Part shown: one piece after another, positions 11,801 to 26,049 of the stretch | Numbering within the stretch: the stretch's first letter is position 1 | Layout: the number at the start of each line of letters is the position of its first letter | NCBI GenBank assembly: GCA_964036045.1 | Contig: OZ038378.1 | Span: 99,448,001-99,512,000 of the forward strand | Direction of reading: 5' to 3' | From: Eutreptiella sp. 'Long Island Sound 2002' | Lineage: Eukaryota; Protista; Euglenida | Length of the DNA stretch: 64,000 bases | Program-made: the position numbers and the translations under genes | Notes under the pieces: generated by a model | Told to the model about the DNA's origin: nothing | The model's input: only the letters and a program-made list of their open reading frames with translations | Databases searched by the model: none

Positions 11801-14800
11801 TTGCATGCGGAGGGGGGATGTCCAACCTTTGGAACTAGCCGTTCACCATTTTTCGCAAGTTGTCTTCGTATGTTGGCTGGGCGAGTATGTGGCGAAATGG
11901 GTTAGAAAACCTGGTTTTGCTGTAAGGTCTTGGCCCTACCAAGTGATGGTTCCGAGCGCATAGTGCTGGCCCCATCGGTGGCAATCAGTCGGTGGTTCAT
12001 TTGGACCTCCTTACCTGCATCTTTTGTCCTCGTACCACCCACCGTGTGATGAAGGGCAACAAAAAAGCTCCAAGCCTAGGCCGCCCTCCTGCACATGCGT
12101 CATGATGGAGTGTTGCTTCATCATGGTTTCAACACCAGGGGTTCTCTCTAGCATTGTAACGTGATGCTATCACATTGCACCAAGCATTGTCCATTGTGTA
12201 GGAGAAGTCCCTATAAATCCATCTCAGGATAAGTACCTTTTTCACGACGGTTGTCTTCTCAAAGCAATTCACTCATAGGGTCCTTGTATGCCGAGAAATC
12301 ATGTTAGGCCGTTGGACACATGTTACCGTCGTGCTCGTCCTTCATCCTACATATTTGGGTAGTTTAGAACCAGGAAATTTGCCTACATTTTTCAAAAGTA
12401 CCTGCAAAAATTGCGTGTCATTTTCCCGGCAAACTACCTCGCGACGGTGCTTGCTGCCTGTCAAGTAAAAACATACCCATAGCCTACACGAACTGCAGGT
12501 ATTTTTACAGGCACGTTTGCCGGGTCATCTTGAAGGCAAAGCCTACACGAACTGCAGGTAATTTTACAGACACATTTGACAGGTCATCATGGAGGCAGAA
12601 GAGTACACGAACTACATATAATTTTACAGGCACATTTGACGTGTCATCCTGAAGGCAAAGCCTACACCGACTGCGGGTAATTTTATAGGCACATTTGACG
12701 GGTCATCCCGAAGTCAAGGCCTACACGAATTGCAGGCAATTTCACAGGCAGTATGGCATGGGAACGTCCCGAAACTTTCAGGTGTAGGTTCCCGGCAACG
12801 AGCATGCATAATCGTGGGTTTTTGACGTGTGCAAATGCACCTAGGGTACACGGGTGATTTTCAAACCTACGGAAGCAAAAAAGCATGGTATGAAAATTAT
12901 GTAGGACGAGCACTACGGTGACATGTGACTTGGGCCGTCACCATTTTCGGCGTGTCTTCTTTGTATGTTGGTTGGGCGAGTATGTGGGAAAATAGTTTAA
13001 GACACGTGGTTTTGCTGTGTGGTCCTGGCCCTACGAGGAGATGGTTACGTGCCTGCCCCATAGGTAGTGGTCATTTGGTGGTTGATTTGGCCCTTACTAC
13101 GTGCACCGTTTGTACTATTACGACCCACCATGTGATGAAGGACAACGCAAATGCTCCAAGCCTAGGCCACCCTCCTAAACATCCGTCATGATGCAGTATT
13201 GCTTCGTCATTGGTTTGATGTTGGGGTGTCTCTCTAGTATTGTAACTTCATGCGATCCCATTGTGCTGTGCGTTGTTGATTGCCCAGGAACACTGCCTAG
13301 AAATCCATCTCGGGATGAGTACCGAATTCATGATGGTTGTCTTCTCAAAGCAATTTAGTGATAGGGTCTTGCATGCGAAGGAGTGATGTCAAACCTTTGG
13401 AACTGGGCCTTCACCATTTTCCGCAAGTTGTTGTCGTATGTTGGCTGGGCGAGTATGTGGCGAAACAGGTTAGGACACGTGGTTTTACTGTAAGGTCTTG
13501 GCCCTACTAGGTGATGGTTCCAAGCGCATAGTGTTGACCCCATCGGTGGCAATCAGTCGGTGGTTCACTTGTACCTCCTTACTTGCAACTTTTGTCCTCC
13601 TACCACCCACCATGTGATGAAGGGGAACAAAAAAGCTCCAAGCCTAGGCCGCCCTCCTGCACATGCGTCATGATGGAGTGTTGCTTCATCATGGTTTCAA
13701 TAACAGGGGTTCTCTCTAGCATTGTAACGTGATGCTATCCCATTGCACCAAGGATTGTCCATTGCGTAGGAGAAGTACCTATAAATCCACCTCGGGATAA
13801 GTACCTTTTTCATGACGGTTGTCTTCTCAAAGCAATTCACTCATAGGGTCCTTGTATGCCGGGAAATCATGTTGGGCCGTTGAACACATGTTACCGTGGT
13901 GTTCGTCCTTCATCCTACATATTTGGGTACATTAAAACCACGAAATTTGCCTACAATATTTTCAAAATTACCTGCAAAAATTGCGTGTCGTTTTCCCCGG
14001 AATCTGCCTTGCGGTGGTGCTTGCTGCCACTCCAATAAAAACGCACCCATAGCCTACACGAACTGCACGTATTTTTATAGGCACATTTGCAGGCTCAACC
14101 TAAAGGCAAAGCCTACACGAACTGCAAACAATTGCACAGGCACATTTGACCGGTCATGCTGAAGGCAAAGGGTACACCGACCGCGGGTAATTTATAGGCA
14201 AATTTGACGGGTCATCCTGAAGGCAAAGCCTACACGAACTGCAGGCAATTTCACAGGCGCATTTGACAGGTCATCCTGAAGGCAAAGCCTACACCGACTG
14301 CGGGTAATTTTATAAGCACATTTGACGGGTCATCCTGAAGCCAAAGCCTACACGAACTGCAGACAATTTCACAGGCATTATGGCATGGGAACGTCCCGAA
14401 ACTTACAGGTGCGGGTTTCCGGCAACGAGCATGCATAATCGTGGGTTTTTAACGTGTGCAAATGCACCTAGGGTACACGGGTGATTTTCAAACCTACGGA
14501 GGCAAGAAAGCATGGTATGAAAATAATGTAGGACGAGCACTACGGTGACATGTGACTTGGGCCGTCACCATTTTCCGCGTGTCATCTTTGTATGTTGGCT
14601 GGGCGAGTATGTGGGAAAATAGTTTAGGACACGTGGTTTTGCTGTGTGGTCTTGGCCCTACAAGGAGATGGTTCCGACCGCGTAGTGCCAGCCCCATAGG
14701 TAGCGGTCAGTTGGTGGTTGATTTGGCCCTCCTTACGTGCACCATTTGTACTATTACAACCCACCATGTGATGAAGAACAACACAAATGCTCCAAGCCGA

Positions 14801-17800
14801 GGCCGCCCTCCTAGAGATCCGTCATGATGTAGTATTGATTCATCCTGGTTTCCATGTTGGGGTGTCTCTCTAGTATTGTAACTTCAGGCGATCCCATTGT
14901 GTTGTGCGTTGTTGAATGCCCAGGAACGATCCCTATAAATCCATCTCGGGATGAGTACCGAATTCATGATGGTTGTCTTCTCAAAGCAATTTAGCGATAG
15001 GGTCTTGCATGCAGGGGGGGGTGTCAAACCTTTGGAACTAGGCCTTCCCCATTTTCCGCAAGTTGTCTTCGTATGTTGGCTGGGCGAGTATGTGGCGAAA
15101 CAGGTTAGGACACGTGGTTTTACTGTAAGGTCTTGGCCCTACCACGTGATGGTTCCAAGCGCATAGTGTTGACCCCATCGGTGGCAATCAGTTGGTGGTT
15201 CATTTGTACCTCCTTACCTGCATCTTTTGTCCTCCTACCACCCACCATGCGATGAAGGGGAACAAAAAAGCTCCAAGCCTAGGCCGCCCTCCTGCACATG
15301 CGTCATGATGGAGTGTTGCTTCATCATGGTTTCAATACCAGGGATTCTCTCTAGCATTGTAATGTGATGCTATCCCATTGCACCAAGGATTGTCCATTGC
15401 GTAGGAGAAGTCCCTATAAATCCATCTCGGGATAAGTACCTTTTTCATGACGGTCGTCTTCTCAAAGCAATTCACTCATAGGGTCCTTGTATGCCGAGAA
15501 ATCATGTTAGGCCGTTGTACACATGTTACCGTGGTGCTCGTCCTTCATCCTACATATTTGGGTACATTAAACCCACGAAATTTGCCTACAATATTTTCAA
15601 AATTACCTGCAAAAATTGCGTGTCGTTTTCCCCGGAATCTGCCTTGCGCTGGTGCTTGCTGCCACTCCAATAAAAACGCACCCATAGCCTACACGAACTG
15701 CACGTATTTTTACGGGCACATTTGCCGGCTCAACCTAAAGGCAAAGCCTACACGAACTGCAGGTATTATCACAGGCACATTTGACCGGTCATGCTGAAGG
15801 CAAAGGGTACACCGATTGCGGGTAATTTTATAGGCACATTTGACGGGTCATCCTGAAGGCAAAGCCTACACGAACTGCAGGCAATTTCGCAGGCACATTT
15901 GACGGGTCATCCTGAAGGCAAAGCCTACACCAACTGCGGGTAATTTGATAGGCACATTTGACGGGTCATCCCGAAGGCAAAGCCTACACGAATTGCAGGC
16001 AATTTCACAGGCATTATGGCATGGGAACGTCCTGAAACTTACAGGTGCAGGTTTCCGGCAACGAGCATGCATAATCGTGGGTTTTTAACGTGTGCAAATG
16101 CACCTAGGGTACACGGGTGATTTTCAAACCTACGGAAGCAAGAAAGCATGGTATGAAAGGTATGTAGGACGAGCACTACGGTGACATGTGACTTGGGCCG
16201 TCACCATTTTCGGCGTGTCGTCCTTGTATGTTGGCTAGGCGAGTATGTGGGAAAATAGTTTAGGACACGTGGTTTTGCTGTGTGGTCTTGGCCCTACAAG
16301 GAGATGGTTCCGAGCGCGCAGTGCCGGCCCCATAGGTAGCGGTCAGTTTGTGGTTGATTTGGCCCTCCTTACGTGCACCATTTGTACTATTACGACCCAC
16401 CATGTGATGAAGAACAACACCAATGCTCCAAGCCTAGGCCGCCCTCCTAGAGATCCGTCATAATGTAGTATTGATTCATCCTGGTTTCCATGTTGGGGTG
16501 TCTCTCTAGTATTGTAACTTCAGGCGATCCCATTCTGTTGTGCGTTGTTGAATGCCCAGGAACGATCCCTATAAATCCATCTCGGGATGAGTACCGAATT
16601 CATGATGGTTGTCTTCTCAAAGCAATTTAGCGATAGGGTCTTGCATGCGGAGGGGGGATGTCAAACCTTTGGAACTAGGCCTTCACCATTTTCCGCAAGT
16701 TGTCTTCGTATGTTGGCTGGGCGAGTATGTGGCGAAATGGGTTAGGAAACCTGGTTTTACTGTAAGGTCTTGGCCCTACCAAGTGATGCTTCCGAGCTAA
16801 TAGTGCTGGCCCCATCGGTGGCAATCAATTGGTGGTTCATTTGTACCTCCTTACCTGCATCTTTTGTCCTCGTACCACCCACCATGTGATGAAGGGGAAC
16901 AAAAAAGCTCCAAGCCTAGGCCGCCCTCCTGCACATGCGTCATGATGGAGTGTTGCTTCATCATGGTTTCAATACCAGGGGTTCTTTCTAGCATTGTAAC
17001 GTGATGCTATCCCATTGCACCAAGCATTGTCCATTGTGTAGGAGAAGTCCCTATAAATCCATCTCGGGATAAGTACCTTTTTCACGACGGTTGTCTTCTC
17101 AAAGCAATTCACTCATAGGGTCCTTGTATGCCGAGAAATCATGTTAGGCCGTTGGACACATGTTACCGTGGTGCTCGTCCTTCATCCTACATATTTGGGT
17201 ACATCAAAAACACGAAATTTGCCTACAATATTTTCAAAATTACCTGCAAAAATTGCGTGTCGTTTTCCCCGGAATCTGCCTTGCGGTGGTGTTTGCTGCC
17301 ACTCCAATAAAAACGCACCGATAGCGTACACGAACTGCAGGTATTTTTACAGGCACATTTGCCGGGTCATCCTGAAGGCAAAGGGTACACGAACTGCACG
17401 TAATTTCACAGGCACATTTGACGGGTCATGCTGAAGGCAAAGCCTACACCGACCGCGAGTAATTTTATAGGCACATTTGACGGGTCATCCTCCAGGCAAA
17501 GCCTACACGAACTGCAGGCAATTTCACAGACATTATGGCATGGGAACGTCCTGAAACTTACAGGTGCGGGTCTCCGGCAACGTGCATGCATAATCCTGCG
17601 TTTTTAACGTGTGCAAATGCACCTAGGGTACACGGGTGATTTTCAAACCTACGGAAGCAAGAAAGCATGGTATGAAAATTATGTAGGACGAGCACTACGG
17701 TGACATGTGACTTGGGCCGTCACCATTTTCCGCGTGTTGTCTTTGTATGTTGGCTGGGCGAGTATGTGGGAAAATAGTTTAGGACACGTGGTTTTGCTGT

Positions 17801-20800
17801 GTGGTCTTGGCCCTACAAGGAGATGGTTCAGAGCGCGTAGTGCCAGCCCCATAGGTAGGGGTCAGTTGGTGGTTGATTTGGCCCTCCTTACGTGCACCAT
17901 TTGTACTATCACGACCCACCATGTGATGAAGAACAACACAAATGCTCCAAGCCTAGGCCGCCCTCCTAGAGATCCGTCATAATGTAGTATTGCTTCATCC
18001 TGGTTTCGATGTTGGGGTGTCTCTCTAGTAATGTAACTTCATGCGATCCCATTGTGTTGTGCGTTGTTGAATGCCCATGAACGAGGCCTATAAATCCATC
18101 TCGGGATGAGTACCGAATTCATGATGGTTGTCTTCTCAATGGAATTTAGCGATAGGGTCTGGCATGCGGAGGGGGGATGTCAAACCTTTGGAACTAGGCC
18201 TTCACCATTTTCCGCAAGTTGTCGTCGTATGTTGGCTAGGCGAGTATGTGGCGAAATGGGTTAGGAAACCTGGTTTTACTGTAAGGTCTTGGCCCTACCA
18301 GGTGATGGTTCCGAGCGCATAGTGCTGGCCCCTTCGGTGGCAATCAGTTGGTGGTTGATTTGGACCTCCTTACTTACATTTTTCGTCCTCCTACCACGCA
18401 CCATGTGATGAAGGGGAACAAAAAAGCTCCAAGCTTAGGCCGCCCTCCTGCACATGCGTCATGATGGAGTGTTGCTTCATCATGGTTTCAATACCAGGGG
18501 GTCTCTCTAGCATTGTAACGTGATGCTATCACATTGCACCAAGCATTGTCCATTGTGTAGGAGAAGTCCCTATAAATCCATCTCGGGATAAATACCTTTT
18601 TCACGACGGTTGTCTTCTCAAAGCAATTCACTCATAGGGTCCTTGTATGCCGAGAAATCATGTTAGGCCGTTGGACACATGTTACCGTGGTGTTCGTCCT
18701 TCATCCTACATATTTGGGTACATTAAAACCACGAAATTTGCCTACAATATTTTCAAAATTACCTGCAAAAATTGCGTGTCGTTTTCCCCGGAATCTGCCC
18801 TGCGCTGGTGCTTGCTGCAACTCCAATAAAAACGCACCCATAGCCCACACGAACTGCAGGTATTTTTACAGGCACATTTGCCGGGTTATCCTGAAGGCAA
18901 AGGGTACACGAACTGCACGTAATTTTATAGGCACATTTGACGGGTCGTCTTGAAGGCAAAGCCTACACAAACTGCAGGCAATTTCACAGGCATTATGGCA
19001 TGGGAACGTCCTGAAACTTACAGGTGCGGGTCTCCGGCAACGTGCATGCATAATCGTGGGGTTTTAACGTGTGCAAATGCACCTAGGGTACACGGGTGAT
19101 TTTCAAACCTAAGGAAGCAAGAAAGCATGGTATGAAAACAATGTAGGACGAGCACTACGGTGACATGTGACTTGGGCCATCACCATTTTCCGCGTGTCGT
19201 CCTTGTATGTTGGCTGGGCGAGTATGTGGAAAAATACTTTAGGACACGTGGTTTCGCTGTGTGGTCCTGGCTCTACAAGGAGATGGTTCCGAGCGCGTAG
19301 TGCCGGCCCCATAGGTAGCGGTCAGTTGGTGGTTGATTTGGCCCTTCTTACGTGCACCATTTGTACTAGAACAACACAAATGCTCCAAGCCTAGGCCGCC
19401 CTCCTAGAGATCTATCATGATGTTGTATTGCTTCATCTTGGTTTCGATGTTGGGGTGTCTCTCTAGTATTGTAATTTCATGCGACCCCATTGTGTTGTGC
19501 GTTGTTGAATGCCCAGGAACGATCCCTATAAATCCCTCTCGCGATGAGTACCGAGTTCATGATGGTTGTCTTCTCAAAGCAATTCAGTGATAGGATCTTG
19601 CATGCGAAGGGGGGATGTCAAACCTTTGGAACCGGGCCTTCACCATTTTTCGAAAGTTGTCGTCGTATGTTGGCTGGGCGAGTATGTGGCGAAACAGGTT
19701 AGGACACGTGGTTTCACTGTAAGGTCTTGGCCCTACCAAGTGATGGTTCCAAGCGCATAGTGCTGGCCCCATCATTGGCAATCAGTGGGTGGTTCATTTG
19801 TACCTCCTTACCTGCATCTTCCGTCCTCATACCACCCACCATGTGATGAAGGGGAACAAAAAAGCTCCAAGCTTAGGCCGCCCTCCTGCACATGCGTCAT
19901 GATGGAGTGTTGCTTCATCATGGTTTGGATACCAGGGGTTCTCTCTAGCATTGTAACGTGATGCTATCCCATTGCACCAAGCATTGTCCATTGCGTAGGA
20001 GAAGTCCATATAAATCCATCTTGGGATAAGTACCTTTTTCATGACGGTTGTTTTCTCAAAGCAATTCACTCATAGGGTCCTTGTATGCGGAGAAATCATG
20101 TTAGGCCATTGGACACATGTTACCGTGGTGCTCGTCCTTCATTCTACATATTTGGGTACATTAAAAGCACGAAATTTGCCTGCAATGTTTTCGAAATTAC
20201 GTGAAAAATTGCATGTCGTTTTCCCCGGAATCTGCCTTGCGCTGGTGCTTGCTGCCAGTCCAGTAAAAACGTACCCATAGCCTACACGAACTGCAGGTAA
20301 ATTTACAGGCACATTTGCCGGGTCATCCTGAAGGCAAAGGGGACACGAACTGCAGGTAATTTCACAGGCATTATGGCATGGGAACGTCGTGAAACTTACA
20401 GGTGCAGGTTTCTGGCAACGAGCATGCATAATCGCGGGTTTTTAACGTGTGCAAATGCACCTGGGGTACACGGGTGATTTTCAAACCTACGGAAGCAAGA
20501 AAGCATGGTATGAAAATTATGTAGGACGAGCACTACGGTGACATGTGACTTGGGCCGTCACCATTTTACGCGTGTCGTCTTTGTATGTTGGCTGGGCGAG
20601 TATGTGGGAAAATAGTTTAGGACACGTGGCTTTGCTGTTTGGTCTTGGCCCTACAAGGAGATGGTTCAGAGCGCGTAGTGCCAGCCCCATAGGTAGGGGT
20701 CAGTTGGTGGTTGATTTGGCCCTCCTTACGTGCACCATTTGTACTATCACGACCCACCATGTGATGAAGAACAACACAAATGCTCCAAGCCTAGGCCGCC

Positions 20801-23760
20801 CTCCTAGAGATCTGTCATGATGTAGTAATGCTTCATCCTGGTTTCGATGTTGGGGTGTCTCTCTAGTAATGTAACTTCATGCGATCCCATTGTGTTGTGC
20901 GTTGTTGAATGCCCATGAACGAGGCCTATAAATCCATCTCGGCATGAGTACCGAATTCATGATGGTTGTCTTCTCAATGGAATTTAGCGATAGGGTCTTG
21001 CATGCGGAGGGGGGATGTCAAACCTTTGGAACTAGGCCTTCACCATTTTCCGCAAGTTGTCGTCGTATGTTGGCTAGGCGAGTATGTGGCGAAATGGGTT
21101 AGGAAACCTGGTTTTACTGTAAGGTCTTGGCCCTACCAGGTGATGGTTCCGAGCGCATAGTGCTGGCCCCATCGGTGGCAATCAGTTGGTGGTTGATTTG
21201 GACCTCCTTACTTACATTTTTCGTCCTCCTACCACGCACCATGTGATGAAGGGGAACAAAAAAGCTCCAAGCCTAGGCCGCCCTCCTGCACATGCGTCAT
21301 GATGGAGTGTTGCTTCATCATGGTTTCAATACTAGGGGGTCTCTCTAGCATTGTAACGTGATGCTATCCCATTGCACCAAGCATTGTCCATTGTGTAGGA
21401 GAAGTCCAGATAATTCCATCTCGGGATGAATACCTTTTTCACGACGGTTGTCTTCTCAAAGCAATTCACTCATAGGGTCCTTGTATGCCGAGAAATCATG
21501 TTAGGCCGTTGCACACATGTTACCGTGGTGTTCGTCCTTCATCCTACATATTTGGGTACATTAAAACCACGAAATTTGCCTACAATATTTTCAAAATTAC
21601 CTGCAAAAATTGCGTGTCGTTTTCCCCGGAATCTGCCTTGCGCTGGTGCTTGCTGCAACTCCAATAAAAACGCACCCATGGCCCACACGAATTGCACGTA
21701 TTTTTACAGGCACATTTGCCGGGTTATCCTGAAGGCAAAGGGTACACGAACTGCACGTAATTTTATAGGCACATTTGACGGGTCATCCTGAAGGCAATGC
21801 CTACAAAAAGTGCACGCAATTTCACAGGCATTATGGCATGGGAACGTCCTGAAACTTACAGATGCGGTTCTCCGGCAACGTGCATGCATAATCGTGGGTT
21901 TTTAACATGTGCAAATGCACCTAGGGTCCACGGGTGATTTTCAAACCTAAGGAAGCAAGAAAGCATGGTATGAAAACAATGTAGGACGAGCACTACGGTG
22001 ACATGTGACTTGGGCCGTCACCATTTTCCGCGTGTCGTCCTTGTATGTTGGCTGGGCGAGTATGTGGAAAAATAGTTTAGGACACGTGGTTTTGCTGTGT
22101 GGTCCTGGCTCTACAAGGAGATGGTTCCGAGCGCGTAGTGCCGGCCCCATAGGTAGCGGTCAGTTGGTGGTTGATTTGGCCCTCCTTACGTGCACCATTT
22201 GTACTAGAACAACACAAATGCTCCAAGCCTAGGCCGCCCTCCTAGAGATCTGTCATGATGTTGTATTGCTTCATCTTGGTTTCGATGTTGGGGTGTCTCT
22301 CTAGTTTTGTAATTTCATGCGACCCCATTGTGTTGTGCGTTGTTGAACGCCCAGGAACGATCCCTATAAATCCCTCTCGCGATGAGTACCGAGTTCATGA
22401 TGGTTGTCTTCTCAAAGCAATTCAGTGATAGGGTCTTGCATGCGAAGGGGGGGTGTCAAACCTTTGGAACCGGGCCTTCACCATTTTTCGAAAGTTGTCG
22501 TCGTATGTTGGCTGGGCGAGTATGTGGCGAAACAGGTTAGGACACGTGGTTTCACTGTAAGGTCTTGGCCCTACCAAGTGATGGTTCCAAGCGCATAGTG
22601 CTGGCCCCATCAGTGGCAATCAGTGGGTGGTTCATTTGTACCTCCTTACCTGCATCTTCCGTCCTCGTACCACCCACCATGTGATGAAGGGGAACAAAAA
22701 AGCTCCAAGCTTAGGCCGCCCTCCTGCACATGCGTCATGATGGAGTGTTGCTTCATCATGGTTTGGATACCAGGGGTTCTCTCTAGCATTGTAACGTGAT
22801 GCTATCCCATTGCACCAAGCATTGTCCATTGCGTAGGAGAAGTCCATATAAATCCATCTTGGGATAAGTACCTTTTTCATGACGGTTGTTTTCTCAAAGC
22901 AATTCACTCATAGGGTCCTTGTATGCGGAGAAATCATGTTAGGCCATTGGACACATGTTACCGTGGTGCTCGTCCTTCATCCTACATATTTGGGTACATT
23001 AAAAGCACGAAATTTGCCTGCAATGTTTTCGAAATTACCTGAAAAATTGCGTGTCGTTTTCCCCGGAATCTGCCTTGCGCTGGTGCTTGCTGCCAGTCCA
23101 GTAAAAACGTACCCATAGCCTACACGAACTGCAGGGAATTTTACAGGCACATTTGCCGGGTCATCCTGAAGGCAAAGGGGACACGAACTGCAGGTAATTT
23201 CACAGGCATCAGGGCATGGGAACGTCCTGAAACTTACAGGTGCAGGTTGCTGGCAACGAGCATGCATAATCGCGGGTTTTTAACGTGTGCAAATGCACCT
23301 GGGGTACACGGGTGATTTTCAAACCTACGGAAGCAAGAAAGCATGTTATGAAAATAATGTAGGACGAGCACTACGGTGACATGTGACTTGGGCCGTCACC
23401 ATTTTACGCGTGTCGTCTTTGTATGTTGGCTGGGCGAGTATGTGGGAAAATAGTTTAGGACACGTGGTTTTGCTGTGTGGTCCTGGCCCTACAAGGAGAT
23501 GGTTCAGAGCGCGTAGTGCCGGCCCCATAGGTAGGGGTCAGTTGTTGGTTGATTTGGCCCTTACCGCGTGCACCATTTGTACTATTACGACCCACCATGT
23601 GATGAAGGAGAACACAAATGCTCCAAGCCTAGGCCGCCCTCCTAAACATCCGTCATGATGCAGTATCGCTTCATCATGGTTTCAATGTTGGGGTGTCTCT
23701 CTAGTATTGTAACTTCATGCGATCCCATTGTGCTTTGCGTTGTTGATTGCCTAAGAACAC
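8850..23760. repeat. Higher-order repeat, 10 units of 1400-1637 bp, each two 481-bp monomers plus one MITE
   Basis: MITE starts at 9339, 10858, 12318, 13886, 15521, 17158, 18677, 20115, 21515 and 22953 (spacings 1519, 1460, 1568, 1635, 1637, 1519, 1438, 1400, 1438). Confidence 0.95.
9339..9889. mobile_element. Non-autonomous TIR element (MITE) inserted in the satellite monomer; first of 10 copies
   Basis: 28-bp TIRs acatgttaccgtggtgctcgtccttcat / atgtaggacgagcactacggtgacatgt (3 mismatches). GAC lies on both sides, and the empty site reads ttggacttggg at ~24350. An internal 59-bp tandem repeat is present. Confidence 0.85.
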
Positions 23761-26049
23761 CCCCTATAAATCCATCTTGGGATGAGTACCGAGTTCATGA
23801 TGGTTGTCTTCTCAAAGCAATTTAGTGATAGGGTCTCGGGTGCTGAGGGATAATGTCAAATCTTTGGACCGGGGCCGTCACCATTTGACGCGTGTTGACT
23901 TTGTATGTGGGCACGGCTAGTATGTGGGAAAATGGGTTAGAACACGTGGTTTTACCGTGAGGTCTTGGCCCGACAAGATGATGGTTCCGAGCGCGTAGTG
24001 TTGGCCCCATCGGTGGCAGTCAATCAGTGGTTCATTTGGCCGTCCTTACGTGCATGACTTGTCCCAGTACGACCCACCGTGTGATGAAGGGGAGCACAAA
24101 TGTTCCAAACCTAGGCCGCCCATTTTACACATCCGTCATGATGCAGTGTTGCTTCATCGTCGTTTCAATGCCGGGGGTGTCTCTCTAGTATTGTAACTTC
24201 TTGCGATCCCATTGTGCCAGGTGTTGTTGATTGCCTAGGAACAACCCCTGCAAATCCATCTCGGGATGATTATCGAGTTCATGACGGTTGTCTTGTCAAA
24301 GCAATTCAGTAATAGGGTCTTGTATGTCGAGAGATCATGCCACGCCTTTGGACTTGGGCAGTCACCATTTTACGCGTGTTGACTTCCTTTGTGGGCCGGG
24401 CGAGTAGGTGGGAAAATAGGTTAGCACACATGGTTTTGCTGTAAGGTCTTGGTCCTACGAGGAGATGGTTCCGGGCGCGCAGTGTTGGCCGCATCGGTGG
24501 CAGTTAGTGGGTGGTTGATTTGAACCTCCTTACGTGCATCTTTTGTCCTGGTGTGACCCACGATGTGGTGAAGGACAACACGAATGCTCCCAACATCTTC
24601 CCCCCCCCCCTACATGTCCGTCATGACGCAGTGTCGCTTCATCTTGGCTTCGATGCCAGGGTGTCCCTCTAGTATTGCAACATGATCCTATCCCATTGCG
24701 CCATGCGTTGTCGATTGCCGACGAATAGTCCCTACAAATCCGTATCCGGATGAGTACCGTGTTCATGACAGTTGTCTCCCAAAGCAACTGAGTGATACGG
24801 TCTTGTATGTGGACAAAACATGTGAGGCCTTTGGAGTTGGGCCGTCATCATTTTCCACGTGCTGTCTTTGTATGTGGGCTGGGCGGGTATGTGGAGAAGG
24901 AAGGTTTGGACACGTGGTTTTGGCGTAACGTCTTGGCCCAACCAAGAGATGGTACCGGGGGCATAGTGTTGGCCCCATCGGGAGCACGCCGCGGACGGTT
25001 GATTTGGCCCCGCTTACGTGCATCATTTGTCCTAGTGTGACCCAGTATGTGATGAAGGACAACACAAATGCTCCAAGCCTAGGCCACCGTCCTGCAAATC
25101 CTTCATGATGCAGTGTCGCTTCATCCCAGTATCGATGCCAGGGTGTCTCTCTAGTATTGTGACATGATGCCATCCTATTGCGCCATGCGTTGTCGATTGC
25201 CTAAGAACTGTCCCTATCAATCCATCCCGGGATGAGCACCGTAGTCATGACGGTGGTCTTCTCAAAGCGTTTCGGTCATAGGGTTCTCTATGCGGACAGA
25301 TCATATTAGGCCTTTGGAGTTGGGTCGTCAGCATTTCGCGCGTCTTCTCTTTGTATGTGGGCTAGGCGAGTATGTGGGGAAATATGTTAGGACACGTGGT
25401 TTTACTGCAAGGTCTGGGCCCTACCACGAGATGGGGACGAGCGCCTAGTGCTGGCCCCAGAGGTAGCCATCACTGCGTGGTCGATTTGGCCCTCTTTACG
25501 TGCATCATTTGTCCTAGTGGACCTTCCATATGATGAAGGGGGACACAAATGCTCCAAGCCTAGGCCGCCTTTTGCACATCCTTTATGATGCCGTGTTGCT
25601 TTAGCCTAGTTTCGATGCTGGGGTATCTTTCTAGCATTTTAACATGAAGCCATCCCAATGCGCCACGCGTTGTCCATTGCCTACGCCAGCAACCTGCTAG
25701 AAATCCAATAGTGGTGTAACGGTTTTGTTCTAACGTTCCAATTGGAACAGTCAGAACACTTCGAGTGTCCACTTGTGTACCCTTGGGGGTGTTCCCCCCC
25801 CTTTTTTTGGGGGGGGGGGGGCTTTGAGGGCCAAAAATAGTTGCTACGAAGTCCAGAAGGACTTTTTTTTCAAAAAAATGAATTTCTTCCACTTATTGGG
25901 TAGAAAGTTTGTTGAGTTCTAATTGTGTTCTAGCGCTTTTGGGAGCACCGCCGTTAGAACGCCGTTAGAACAATCTTATTGGAACATGAGTAGAACACTT
26001 TTGGCAAAGGCACACAGCACAAAACATTTGGTAATTTTTTTCACTAAAC

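Larger units (their letters stand above)
5850..25690. repeat. Tandem array of ~481-bp monomers (roughly 30 copies)
   Basis: The landmark catgtgatgaaggacaacacaaatgctccaagcct recurs near 5911, 6392, 6872, 7353, 8100, 8581, 9063 and onward. One truncated unit lies near 7800. Confidence 0.97.

Noticed and set aside
6095-25220. Dozens of recurring 60-120 aa ORFs as a gene family
   Set aside because: All lie within the 481-bp monomer or the MITE; the unit is not a multiple of three and stops vary between copies.
5850-25690. Tandem RNA-gene array (5S, SL RNA, tRNA) or hammerhead retrozyme
   Set aside because: I found no recognisable 5S, tRNA or SL sequence and no CTGANGA...GAAA core in the monomer by eye; an Infernal/Rfam scan would be decisive.
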